Source of the DNA: Ignicoccus hospitalis KIN4/I
GTDB taxonomy: Archaea; Thermoproteota; Thermoprotei_A; Sulfolobales; Ignicoccaceae
DNA: 32,000 nt
Assembly: GCF_000017945.1 (NCBI RefSeq)
Contig: NC_009776.1
Location: 1,230,001-1,262,000 of the forward strand
Reading direction: 5' to 3'
The translations under genes were made by a program, and so were the position numbers. Shown here in pieces: positions 1-8,521 of the stretch. The notes under the pieces were generated by a model. It was not told where the DNA came from. It ran no database searches and was given only the letters and a program-made list of their open reading frames with translations. Position 1 is the first letter of the stretch, and each line of letters begins with the position of its first letter.

Positions 1-1219
1 TGGCTCTGTTGGAGTAGTTCAACATCAAATTTATTAAGTCGCGGCCGCGGATCCTCAAGATCCCCTTCCTAACGGCACGCTCGTTATATTCAACGGCCTC
101 GTCGGGTATGAGAGTGGGGGCGTATAGCAGTACGGGCACCGGGTCTCCGGTGTGTTCCTTCACAGTCACGGGCGTCGCGTGGTCGGGGGTGACGGCGAAC
201 ACCGCCTCCCCGTCGTAGTAATCCAACAAGTAGCCCAAGACGTAGTCCAACGCCTCTATCATTTTAATTTTGTTCTCCACATCCCCGTCGTGGGAGGCGG
301 CGTCCGTGCCCTTTATGTGGACGAAGACCATGTCGTAGTCCTTGAGGAGCTCGACGGCCGTCCTAGCCTTGCTCTTGTAGTCCGTGTTAACGCCGCCGGT
401 GGCTCCCGGAGGCACTATCACGTCCATGCCCACCGCCCGGGCTACTCCTAGGACGAGGGCGGTCGCTCCTACAGCTGCAGCTTTGATGCCGTACCTCTCT
501 TGCAAGGTGGGCAATTTCTTTCTCATCATTCCGGCCCCTCTGAGCAACACTATGTTAGCCGGAGGAAGGCCCTTTTCGACCCTCCTCTTGTTGGCCGGGT
601 GGTCCTTGAGTATTTGGTAGCTCCTAAAGGTAATTTCATTAATCACTCTTGCAGTCTTCTTGGCCTCGGGGGTGTCCCTCAAGGGCCTCGCCTCCTGGAC
701 GGGCTTGCCCACCTCGTGAGGGTCCGTGTCGCTGACCTCGTCGCTGAGGCCCTCCCCTTTCAAGACCACGGCCACTCGGTGCTCCGTGGCGTGGTAGAAC
801 CTTACCTTAACGCCCTCTACTTCGCTGAGCTCCTCGTTCAAAGCTTTCACGAGTTCCTCCGCCTCCGGCAAGTACCTTCCGGCCCTCCGGTCCACTACGA
901 CGAGACGGCCTCCCCTCTCCTCAACCGTGGCGAAGTTTCCTCTGAGGGCCACGTCCCCCGGGCCGACCTCTGCTCCCACGCCCAAGGCCTCGAAGGGCCC
1001 CCTCCCCTCGTACCACTCGAAGGGGTCCAGCCCGAAGAGCGCCAAGTGGGCGGTGTCGCTCCCGGGAGGGACGCCGGGGGCTATCACGTCCATCAGGCCC
1101 GCTTGGCCCCTCCTCGCCGCTTCGTCCAGGTTGGGGGTGCTGGCGACCTCCAGCGGGGTCTTGTTACCCAAGGACGGCACCAAACGGTCGCCCATGCCGT
1201 CCCCTACGATTAACACCAT
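1..1219 (-). CDS. apgM: 2,3-bisphosphoglycerate-independent phosphoglycerate mutase, archaeal type (partial; extreme C-terminus lies beyond the window start)
   Basis: Absent from the ORF track because its stop is off-window. My reverse-complement translation from ATG 1219-1217 reads MVLIVGDGMGDRLVPSLGNKTPLEVASTPNLDEAARRGQAGLMDVIAPGVPPGSDTAHLALFGLDP...VFVHIKGTDAASHDGD...FAVTPDHATPV...HTGDPVPVLLY and stays open to position 1. These motifs match the archaeal iPGM/ApgM family. In-frame TTG codons at 1225 and 1234 are alternative starts. The + strand ORFs 152-451, 500-1213 and 927-1340 are Arg/Pro/Gly-rich antisense artefacts. Confidence 0.85.
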   Translation of the reverse strand, partial: MVLIVGDGMGDRLVPSLGNKTPLEVASTPNLDEAARRGQAGLMDVIAPGVPPGSDTAHLALFGLDPFEWYEGRGPFEALGVGAEVGPGDVALRGNFATVEERGGRLVVVDRRAGRYLPEAEELVKALNEELSEVEGVKVRFYHATEHRVAVVLKGEGLSDEVSDTDPHEVGKPVQEARPLRDTPEAKKTARVINEITFRSYQILKDHPANKRRVEKGLPPANIVLLRGAGMMRKKLPTLQERYGIKAAAVGATALVLGVARAVGMDVIVPPGATGGVNTDYKSKARTAVELLKDYDMVFVHIKGTDAASHDGDVENKIKMIEALDYVLGYLLDYYDGEAVFAVTPDHATPVTVKEHTGDPVPVLLYAPTLIPDEAVEYNERAVRKGILRIRGRDLINLMLNYSNRA

Positions 1220-1401
1220 CTTCAACTGCTTCAAGGCGCTCGCTCCGATACTTAGACGCTCGGCGCTGTATTATTATCCTCTGGCTCAGAGGAGGGAAGC
1301 GGAAGAGGACCTTGAGGCCCAGGACTCCCGAGGGACCTAGGTTTCTGAGGTCGGACGGGACGCCGGACAAGGCTACGAGGATACATAAGGAGGCTAAGTG
1401 G

Positions 1402-2133
1402 TTGGACTTCGCTCACCCTCCCGAGGCGTTGCACTCCCCCAACAGCACGCTCCGCGCCGCGCTGCTGGAGTTCTTGGCGACTCACAGGCTGAACATCATA
1501 GTAGTAGACGGCGACAAGTACGTGGGCGTAGCAACTCTTCCCCGCTTGGCGGCTACGGTAGCGCTCTGGAGGGAGAGGGAGGCGCCGATATACAAGATCT
1601 TGCTAGAGGGCATTAAGAGAATAGAAGAGAAGGTAGCCCCCGTGGCGGACGGGATGGGAGATAAGGAGGTCGCAGAGGTTTTGAGCTCCCTCCCCCCGTC
1701 CGTGGACGAAGTGCCAGTAGTCAAGGAAGAGAAGGTAGTGGGGGTGCTCAGAGTTAGAGAGGTTTTGCTTAGGGGAAGCGTTGACGTTCCCGTAGGCTCC
1801 TTAGCGGAGCCCCTGCCTTCTGTGGGCAGCGTAGGGGAGGCGTTAATGGAGATGGAGAACAAGGACTTACCGGTCGTAATGGTGGGTGACAGGGTTTTGG
1901 ACGCGAGGGACGTAGCGAGGCGCATATGGGAGGAGAGGACGGAAGAAATAGGAAGGGTGAGGTTCGAGGACTTATTGACGGAGCCCTACGAAGTATTTAA
2001 AGAGAACGTGACTATCAAGGAAGTCTTAGATAGCCTCGACCCCCTTAAAGTCGATTACGTGCTCGTGGAGCGCGGGGAGGGCTACGGCGTCGTCCCCTTG
2101 CCGAAGCTCGCGGCGAAGGTCATCCACCCCTAA
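1402..2133 (+). CDS. CBS-domain protein (four CBS motifs, two Bateman modules)
   Basis: Four repeats of the CBS pattern: ATHRLNIIVVDGDKYVGVATLPRL, VDEVPVVKEEKVVGVLRVREVL, NKDLPVVMVGDRVLDARDVARRI and LKVDYVLVERGEGYGVVPLPKL. The longest ORF starts at 1312, but a TTG at 1402 lies 8 nt after GGAGG (1389-1393) and removes an Arg/Pro-rich, non-domain N-terminus. The start is uncertain. Confidence 0.6.
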   Translation: MDFAHPPEALHSPNSTLRAALLEFLATHRLNIIVVDGDKYVGVATLPRLAATVALWREREAPIYKILLEGIKRIEEKVAPVADGMGDKEVAEVLSSLPPSVDEVPVVKEEKVVGVLRVREVLLRGSVDVPVGSLAEPLPSVGSVGEALMEMENKDLPVVMVGDRVLDARDVARRIWEERTEEIGRVRFEDLLTEPYEVFKENVTIKEVLDSLDPLKVDYVLVERGEGYGVVPLPKLAAKVIHP

Positions 2134-2140
2134 GTGTTTT

Positions 2141-2554
2141 GTGTGCGACGCGATGTTGGGCAGGCTCGCTAGGTACCTCAGGATTATGGGCTATTCCACA
2201 AAATATAGCGTAGAGGAAGACGAGAAGATACTCGAAGGGCTCGGGGACTGTATACTGCTCACCAGAGATAAGGGCCTCTGCTCCAAGGCCGGGCCCAACT
2301 GCGTTTACATCTCGTCGGGAGACCTAAAGGAGCAGCTCGCCCAGCTGAGGCTCGAGATAGGGTTGCCCCTAAGGCTCCCGGAGAGGCCGTTGAGGTGTTC
2401 CGTCTGCAACGGCCCCTTGGAGTACGTGGGCAAAGTCGGGGACAGAGAGCTCTGGAGGTGCAAGGTTTGCGGTCAGCCCTACTGGATGGGGAGTCACATA
2501 AAAAGGATTAAGAGGACGCTGGAAGAGGTAAACAAAACCTTGGGGTTTACTTAG
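2141..2554 (+). CDS. Mut7-C RNase domain (DUF82, PIN-like) protein with C-terminal zinc ribbon
   Basis: The N-terminus CDAMLGRLARYLRIMGY matches the family signature (D-x-ML-G-x-LAR-x-LR-x-x-GYD). The C-terminal pairs CSVC and CKVC form a zinc ribbon. GTG start. It overlaps the convergent napH end by 8 nt. Confidence 0.7.
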   Translation: MCDAMLGRLARYLRIMGYSTKYSVEEDEKILEGLGDCILLTRDKGLCSKAGPNCVYISSGDLKEQLAQLRLEIGLPLRLPERPLRCSVCNGPLEYVGKVGDRELWRCKVCGQPYWMGSHIKRIKRTLEEVNKTLGFT

Positions 2555-3518
2555 TCCTCTTTAATCTAAAGCCCAACGAGATCACGTTGGTAGGGCAGAC
2601 CTCGACGCAGCGCCCGCACCTAAAGCAGCGGTAATCGGTCACGTCCTTGTTCTTTAAAACGTAGTCGCCCATAACGTCTATACCCATAGGGCAGACCATG
2701 CTACAGAGCCTACACTTGGTGCACCTACTCACGTCGTTTATCTTTATTTTAAACGGGTCATACTTATTCATGACGAAGCCGTAGAGGGCGCCGATGGGGC
2801 ACACGAACCTGCACCAAGCCCTCTTTATACCGAAGACCTTCTCGGCCACTACGTTGACTATCAAGGCGAAGACTACGAAGGCTCCGTACGCCAAGGCGGT
2901 TCCTGCCGCGGCCCCCGGCACGTTAGCTATGACGCCGAGCACCGCGCTGCCTAGCTTGGACGCGTTCGAAGTGGGAGATATCGTAGTGTAGAAGGGGTAG
3001 CCCAAAGCCCAAGAGAGCAGGACGTATGCTATTAAGGCGATTATCGGTACCGCCTTCTCTGCTTTGGTAGGAGTGTGGAAGGTGGAGTGCCTCGGCTGGT
3101 TAGGCAAGTTCAGCTTCTTCTCGAAGATGCTGAAGAGGAGGTCCATCGGGCACACCCAGCCACAGAAGAACCTGCCCAGAACGGAGTACAGCGCGACGAC
3201 CACCAGCACGGCGGTTAAGCTCTCTATCGTGGCGTAGTGGGTGGCCGCGAGCATTTCTAAGAACGCTATTGGATCCAACATTGGGATGTATATTTCGTTT
3301 ACCTCCATTCCCGGCAAGGCAATGGTCTGGTTGAGTACTATATCTATTGGCCTGCTCGAGGCCAAGCTCCCGTTGAAGAGCACTCCTCCGGTGAACAGCT
3401 GTATAGAGAACATTATTAGGATGAACAACTGGAGGGAGCGTCTTAGAAGGGTCCACTTCCCTCTAGGCGGCCTGCCCCTCAGCCACTTCTTCACCTTACC
3501 GACGGCCTTCAACCTCAC
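2547..3518 (-). CDS. napH: NapH-type membrane-bound iron-sulfur quinol dehydrogenase subunit
   Basis: Two C-x3-CP motifs follow transmembrane segments (FCGWVCPMDLL and WCRFVCPIGALYG). Two C-terminal ferredoxin motifs follow (CTKCRLCSMVCPMG and CFRCGRCVEVCPTN). The N-terminal LLRRSLQLFILIMF... and PMLDPIAFLEMLA...ALYSVLGRFFCGWVCP line up with bacterial NapH as I recall it. The GTG start overlaps the napG stop (GTGA, 3515-3518). Confidence 0.8.
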   Translation of the reverse strand: MRLKAVGKVKKWLRGRPPRGKWTLLRRSLQLFILIMFSIQLFTGGVLFNGSLASSRPIDIVLNQTIALPGMEVNEIYIPMLDPIAFLEMLAATHYATIESLTAVLVVVALYSVLGRFFCGWVCPMDLLFSIFEKKLNLPNQPRHSTFHTPTKAEKAVPIIALIAYVLLSWALGYPFYTTISPTSNASKLGSAVLGVIANVPGAAAGTALAYGAFVVFALIVNVVAEKVFGIKRAWCRFVCPIGALYGFVMNKYDPFKIKINDVSRCTKCRLCSMVCPMGIDVMGDYVLKNKDVTDYRCFRCGRCVEVCPTNVISLGFRLKRTK

Positions 3519-4492
3519 TCACCTAGGCCGCTGCTCTCCAAGGGCTTCGCTTTGCGGACGTTAAGTAGGTAGTCCGCGTTGAGGGACGACCTTATAGTAG
3601 CGGTGAAGGGGTCCGTCTCCTCCGCTTTCTTTATTAACTCTAAGTACTCATCATAGGTCATTCCGGTGTTCTTGAAGTTCTTGATCCTCTTCTCGTACTC
3701 CTCCTTCGGTAGGACGTGAATTGCCGCTCCGGGGACCGGGCAAGCCCTTACGCAAAGCCCGCAGCCGTTGCATTCCTCACCTTTCACTCGGGTGTGAACC
3801 CCCCACTCGTTGAAGTGGAAGTCGAACACTTCCGAGCCTCTGGGGCACGCGGAGGCACAGCTCTTGCAGTCGCCGCTGTTCCACGCCCAACACAAGTCCG
3901 GGTCTATGAGGGCAACGCCCATCTTAACCTCGGAGGGCTTAACTTCTTTGAGGGCGTCCGTCGGGCAGACCTCTGTACAGCGCATACACAGCTCGCAAGG
4001 GTAGTTCATTACGTCATATACCACCGGCGTGCCGACGTACTTAAGACCCTTTTCCAAGCCCCTCAACTTCAAAGTGTGGTAGTTCATGTGAGTACAAGCG
4101 GTATAACAGAGCCCGCACCTTACGCACTTCGAATAGAAGTTCTCGTCCGCCCCGGGGGGCAACAGCTCGTACTTGTCGTACTTGTACTCCTTCGTGTAGG
4201 TCTGACACTTGTCGGGTAGAAGCGGGTTCTTTACTAAGTACTTCCCATTTACCTCTTCTACTAAGTTTAGCGCCTTGTAATAGTTTATCTTCTCTTGGCT
4301 CTCGAGCACCCACGGTTCGTAGTAATAACCGTAGCACTCGTCATTATGTTCTTCATTCTCCTTTGCTTCGAGCTCCTTTAGCACCTTTTCCGCTATGGGG
4401 GCAGTCTTAGTTATAGCCGGTATGGCCGCGCTGGAGATCAACAGCCCTTTAATGAGGTTGCGTCTCGAGGGGTTCAAAGCCTCGCGACCCAC
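3515..4492 (-). CDS. napG: NapG-type periplasmic ferredoxin (four 4Fe-4S motifs) with twin-arginine signal
   Basis: Tat motif SRRNLIKGLLISSAAIPA. Four cluster motifs: LLPPGADENFYSKCVRCGLCYTAC, PCELCMRCTEVCPTDAL, LCWAWNSGDCKSCASACP and CNGCGLCVRACPVPGAAIHVLP. Each is collinear with E. coli NapG as I recall it ([22 protein letters not shown]..., [20 protein letters not shown], ...AAIKVLP). GTG start. Confidence 0.85.
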   Translation of the reverse strand: MGREALNPSRRNLIKGLLISSAAIPAITKTAPIAEKVLKELEAKENEEHNDECYGYYYEPWVLESQEKINYYKALNLVEEVNGKYLVKNPLLPDKCQTYTKEYKYDKYELLPPGADENFYSKCVRCGLCYTACTHMNYHTLKLRGLEKGLKYVGTPVVYDVMNYPCELCMRCTEVCPTDALKEVKPSEVKMGVALIDPDLCWAWNSGDCKSCASACPRGSEVFDFHFNEWGVHTRVKGEECNGCGLCVRACPVPGAAIHVLPKEEYEKRIKNFKNTGMTYDEYLELIKKAEETDPFTATIRSSLNADYLLNVRKAKPLESSGLGE

Positions 4493-4593
4493 TGCGTTCC
4501 GCTGAAGCGGAACCTAATAACGAGGACATTTACATTGCGAGGGCGATACGAAAAGATGGGTAGAGTAGGGACGCAAGCCCTCATTGAGGAGAT

Positions 4594-4605
4594 AAAAAAT
4601 AAAAA
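4594..4605 (-). terminator. T-rich tract (TTTTTATTTTTT on the minus strand) 7 nt after the napA stop; possible archaeal oligo-T terminator or pause site
   Basis: The plus strand reads aaaaaataaaaa at 4594-4605. Archaeal termination commonly uses oligo-T runs. The same A/T box could instead act as a TATA element for napGH, about 100 nt upstream of the napG GTG. Confidence 0.3.
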
Positions 4606-4611
4606 CGTGTG

Positions 4612-7600
4612 TTAGGCTAGCTCGGTCTTACAGTCCGGACAGTAGTCCTTTAGGTTTATGTCGTACTTGGGAGCCGAAGTCTGCACCGGCGCGGTGACGG
4701 ACTCCGGAATCTCGTCGGGCCTGGCCTTCCTTATCTTAGCAGCACAAGTCTTGAAGTCCGGCTGGAAGAAGTACGGCTGGACGTCGTAGTTGTCCAGAGT
4801 TATTGCGTTGGCTAGCTTGTTGGGGTCGAACCACGGTATGAAGACGTAGTCTTTCCTCGGACCTCCCAGGCCGGTCTTGGGGTTGAGTACCCTTGCCGGG
4901 ACTACGATCTTCCCTCTCGGGCTCTCCACCACGACCCAATCGCCAGACTTTATACCCAGCTCTTCAGCGAGTTCGTAGTTTATCTCGACGTAAGCGGTGG
5001 GCTTGACGCGGTAGAGCTCCGGCACCCTACAAGTCATAGTGCACGTGTGCCAGTGCTCTATCACCCTTCCGGTGGTCGCCACCAGCGGGTACTCGTTGCT
5101 GTCCCTCACGGATATTATGTTACCGTCCTTCGTCCTGTACCTCAAGTTGAAGCCGGGCGCCTCGGCCGGGGCCAACGCTATCTGGAATATCGCGGCGACG
5201 TCGCCCTTGTAGGCCTTCAGTGCCTCGCCCCAGCTCATCTCCTCCAGCACTTGCAAGCCTCTCTCGGGGTCGCCGTCAGCTGGCTCAGCTTCGTACTTCT
5301 TTACTATCCTAAACGGACCCTTCGGCTCGGAGAACACGCTTATCTTGCCCTTGAAAGCCGCGTCGGCGTCCAACTTCTCTTCGGTTATTAGCACAGTCTT
5401 GTTTATGGTAATCTTTCCGGTCTTGTGGTCTATGTTCACTGGCAACCACGGCCTGGTCCACATGGTGACCCTTCCGGTGGGCTTCGGATAGATGACGTTG
5501 TACCAGTCCTCCGGCAAGTTGTTCTTCCTCTTGTACTCCTTGTCGTCTATCTCCTCGACTATGTTCTTCAATATCCACTTGAGCAACGGCGGGTTGTGCC
5601 ACAACTTTCCGAGCCACTTCTTCTTGTGTATCGGGTGGAGCTTCGTATCGTCGTAGTTCATTATTACTTCGTGTATCTTCTCCGGATCGTCCAAGTCCTT
5701 AATCTTGTTATACAAGTCCTTAATGACCTCTGGATCTGGCATTAACGCGTCGTACGGATAGACATACCTCATAGCGCTCTCGTAAGTGTCATACCTCTTC
5801 TTCACGCTGGGGTTGTAAGCGTAAGTCCACGGCCACGGCCAGCGGAAGGCGCGCTGCTGCTCCCAAGTCCTCTTACGGAAGGTCTCTCTGTCGGGGTAGC
5901 TGAAGTCGTAGTAGGTGTTCTTCGCAAGCGCCCTGATATCGTAGTTCCATATCCTATCGAGCACCTTCATGTGCCACTTCAAGTCGTGGCTCTTCTTCAC
6001 TACGTAGTCTACCCAGCTGGTCCCGGCTTTCTTCGCCGCCTCGTCGACTCTCTCGGGGAAGAACACGCTCACTATGCCCTTCGGTACCAGGCCTTCGTCC
6101 TCCCACGCCTTGCCTAACATGGCGAAGATTATGTGGTCACCAACCGCCTCCCCTGGCGGCTTGACGAGGTAGCGTGCGATGGAGTACCTCCTCTCAGTAC
6201 AGCCGTAGAAGAACTCCTTCTCGCCGTAGGCGGCCGCGGGCAATATCAAGTCAGCCAAGTCGGTGGTCCTAGTGGGGTAGATGTCGCTGACCACCACGAA
6301 GGGGAACGCCGGGTCGTCGTCGTGGGGCTTGGCCATGCCTAGCCTGAACTTGTAGAGGTTGGGCAAGCTCTGGCCGGGGTTCGTCTCGGCTATCCATACA
6401 ACCTTTATCTGGCCGGCGTTGACCCTGCGGAACAGCTCTATCACGTGCGGGCCGGGGACGGGGTGTACGTAGATCTTCTTCATGGTGTCTTGTATCTCGG
6501 CCTCGGAGTAACCTAAGTCCTTCATGAGCTCCGCGGTCACGTTCCTCCAGATGTTCTCCACTTCCTCCCTCGCAGCCTTGTTGGCTATTAGCCTACCGTA
6601 AGGGAGCACGTGGGCGAGGCCTCCTTGGTCCCTTATGCCGCCACACGCGTTAGGCTGGCCGGTCAGGCTGAGCGTGCCGCTACCATACTTGCCTATCTTG
6701 CCAGCTAAGGCCAAGAAGTCTATTATTGCGTTTATGCTGTGAACGCCTTGGATCTTCTGGTTTATACCCATCGTCCAGAGGACTAGCGGCCTGCCCTCCG
6801 CCAACCACTTCGCTGCGAGCTCCATGGCCTTCACGGGCTCTATTTCGACGAAGGGGTCGTTACCGCTCAAGTTGACTTGGGTGGGCTCCAGCTCGCCGCT
6901 CGCTATGAGCTTCTCCGCCAAGCTCCTCTTAATGAGTGGCTTCTCGTCGCCGAAGAGCAACTTCACCATTACTTCCGGCTTATACATTTCGAAGAACTTG
7001 ACGAAGAGCGCGAAGCCCTTCCACCAGTCCTTCTCGACCTCGTCCTCGTTCTTGTACTCCTTCCCTACGCTGGGGTACATGGCGTAGTTGGAGTTAATGC
7101 TAGCGGTGGTACCCATGTCCCATACTTTGTTTGCCTCGCCTAGGTTGTTGTACTTGGTATTGTAATCCTTCAACGCCCAAGTCTTCTGGGACTGCTTGAT
7201 TACGGCAAAGTCAGCATGCCTCTTGAGCCAGTCTATGTCTATGTACTCAGGGTTCTCGCACTCTACCTTACCGGCTTCGGGGTCGGCCTTACACTTGGCT
7301 AAGCGGAAGAGCAGTATGTGTATCAACGTGTTCATGAAAGCGACGTCCATTGACCACCTAAGTGGTAGCCAGAGGTCGCTGACTACTCCGGTCCTAGTCT
7401 TCCTGGGATCCGCGAGGATTATCTTGCCCTTGTCGCCTAGCTTCTCCTTAACCCTAGCTATCCTACCGAAGACTATTGGGTGCGCCTCGGAAGTGTTGGT
7501 ACCTATTAAGAGGAAGGTGTCCGCGTGAACGCCGGTGTTAGGCTCTGGGACGTCTATCAAGTCGTAGCTGGTTTCCGGTTCGTCGGCGCCAAAGCTAGTT

Positions 7601-8391
7601 ATGTAGCCACCGACCGCGGAGACCATACACATCCTCGGGTTTCCGTCTAGGTTGTTGGTGTGGATACCGCCCTTGGTTAGCTTGTTTATGACGTAACTCT
7701 CCTCAGTCCCTAACTGGCCGCTCCCGTAGTAGGCGAAGCTGTGTGGACCGTACTTCTGTAGGGCATACTTCATTATTGCAGTGAAGAACTTGACTGCGGT
7801 ATCCCAGTCCACTTCGACGTAATTGCCTCCGTAGACCCAGTCGTCTATGGGTATCTTCGCGTCGACGTTCTTGTTGACTTGCTTGTTCTTGACCCTCGGG
7901 GCCAGAGGTATTTCTTCCGGCTTGATAGGCGGCCTGTTGAGGTCTGGGATTATCCAGTCCTTGTTAACCATTGGCTTCCTGAGCCTCCTCTTCCAAGCGT
8001 TGGGCTCAGCCCAACCCATGGCCTTGTGTATGTAGAAGGCCTTGGTACACATGGCACCGTGGTTGACCGGGTAACCGGGCATTCCGAGGATTCCGTAGAC
8101 CTTACCGTAGCTGCTAAGGCCGGTCTCGGGGTCGACGATGGCCATCGCTTGGACTCCACAACCGGTCCCACAGAATCGGCACGGACCTATGGGAACGATG
8201 GTCATCTTTCTAGGACCTTGCATGTTTAGGACAGAGTTTATCGACGCCTTGACTTCGCCCTCGAGCTCCTTGTTGATGACCTTCGCCGCCTTGCTCGCGG
8301 TTGCCATAGCGGCTCCTAGGGCTAGGGCCTTTAGTAAGCTCCTTCTGGTAGAACTCGGCAAGGCAGACACTGCACCCGATACTAGCCTCAT
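4612..8391 (-). CDS. napA: NapA-type periplasmic nitrate reductase catalytic subunit (Mo-bisPGD, Tat-exported), unusually long at 1259 aa
   Basis: Start placed at ATG 8391-8389 (MRLVSGAVSALPSSTRRSLLKALALGAAMATASKAAKV, a twin-arginine signal). The 8661 start of the longest ORF would overlap the upstream gene. Hallmarks are the N-terminal 4Fe-4S motif PCRFCGTGCGV...GAMCTKAF, the Mo-ligand region NNLDGNPRMCMVSAVGG (Cys codon 7627-7629), SLTGQPNACGGIRDQGGLAHVLP, TTGRVIEHWHTCTMTCRVPEL and IPWFDPNKLANAITLD...DFKTCAAKI. All are collinear with bacterial NapA as I recall it. Confidence 0.85.
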   Translation of the reverse strand: MRLVSGAVSALPSSTRRSLLKALALGAAMATASKAAKVINKELEGEVKASINSVLNMQGPRKMTIVPIGPCRFCGTGCGVQAMAIVDPETGLSSYGKVYGILGMPGYPVNHGAMCTKAFYIHKAMGWAEPNAWKRRLRKPMVNKDWIIPDLNRPPIKPEEIPLAPRVKNKQVNKNVDAKIPIDDWVYGGNYVEVDWDTAVKFFTAIMKYALQKYGPHSFAYYGSGQLGTEESYVINKLTKGGIHTNNLDGNPRMCMVSAVGGYITSFGADEPETSYDLIDVPEPNTGVHADTFLLIGTNTSEAHPIVFGRIARVKEKLGDKGKIILADPRKTRTGVVSDLWLPLRWSMDVAFMNTLIHILLFRLAKCKADPEAGKVECENPEYIDIDWLKRHADFAVIKQSQKTWALKDYNTKYNNLGEANKVWDMGTTASINSNYAMYPSVGKEYKNEDEVEKDWWKGFALFVKFFEMYKPEVMVKLLFGDEKPLIKRSLAEKLIASGELEPTQVNLSGNDPFVEIEPVKAMELAAKWLAEGRPLVLWTMGINQKIQGVHSINAIIDFLALAGKIGKYGSGTLSLTGQPNACGGIRDQGGLAHVLPYGRLIANKAAREEVENIWRNVTAELMKDLGYSEAEIQDTMKKIYVHPVPGPHVIELFRRVNAGQIKVVWIAETNPGQSLPNLYKFRLGMAKPHDDDPAFPFVVVSDIYPTRTTDLADLILPAAAYGEKEFFYGCTERRYSIARYLVKPPGEAVGDHIIFAMLGKAWEDEGLVPKGIVSVFFPERVDEAAKKAGTSWVDYVVKKSHDLKWHMKVLDRIWNYDIRALAKNTYYDFSYPDRETFRKRTWEQQRAFRWPWPWTYAYNPSVKKRYDTYESAMRYVYPYDALMPDPEVIKDLYNKIKDLDDPEKIHEVIMNYDDTKLHPIHKKKWLGKLWHNPPLLKWILKNIVEEIDDKEYKRKNNLPEDWYNVIYPKPTGRVTMWTRPWLPVNIDHKTGKITINKTVLITEEKLDADAAFKGKISVFSEPKGPFRIVKKYEAEPADGDPERGLQVLEEMSWGEALKAYKGDVAAIFQIALAPAEAPGFNLRYRTKDGNIISVRDSNEYPLVATTGRVIEHWHTCTMTCRVPELYRVKPTAYVEINYELAEELGIKSGDWVVVESPRGKIVVPARVLNPKTGLGGPRKDYVFIPWFDPNKLANAITLDNYDVQPYFFQPDFKTCAAKIRKARPDEIPESVTAPVQTSAPKYDINLKDYCPDCKTELA

Positions 8392-8521
8392 TCCAGGAGC
8401 TAATATACGCTCTCTGTATATGGGAGGGCCGAAAGTCGGGTTGTGCTCCCTCGTCTTGTCAGTACATGCTTCAAAACTTGGGACGCATTGTTTTTGAAAT
8501 AAAATAGAGGTCCCTCGAACT

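Noticed and set aside
152-1340. Plus-strand ORFs 152-451, 500-1213 and 927-1340
   Set aside because: They are Arg/Pro/Gly/His-rich translations antisense to a clearly recognisable apgM reading frame on the minus strand.
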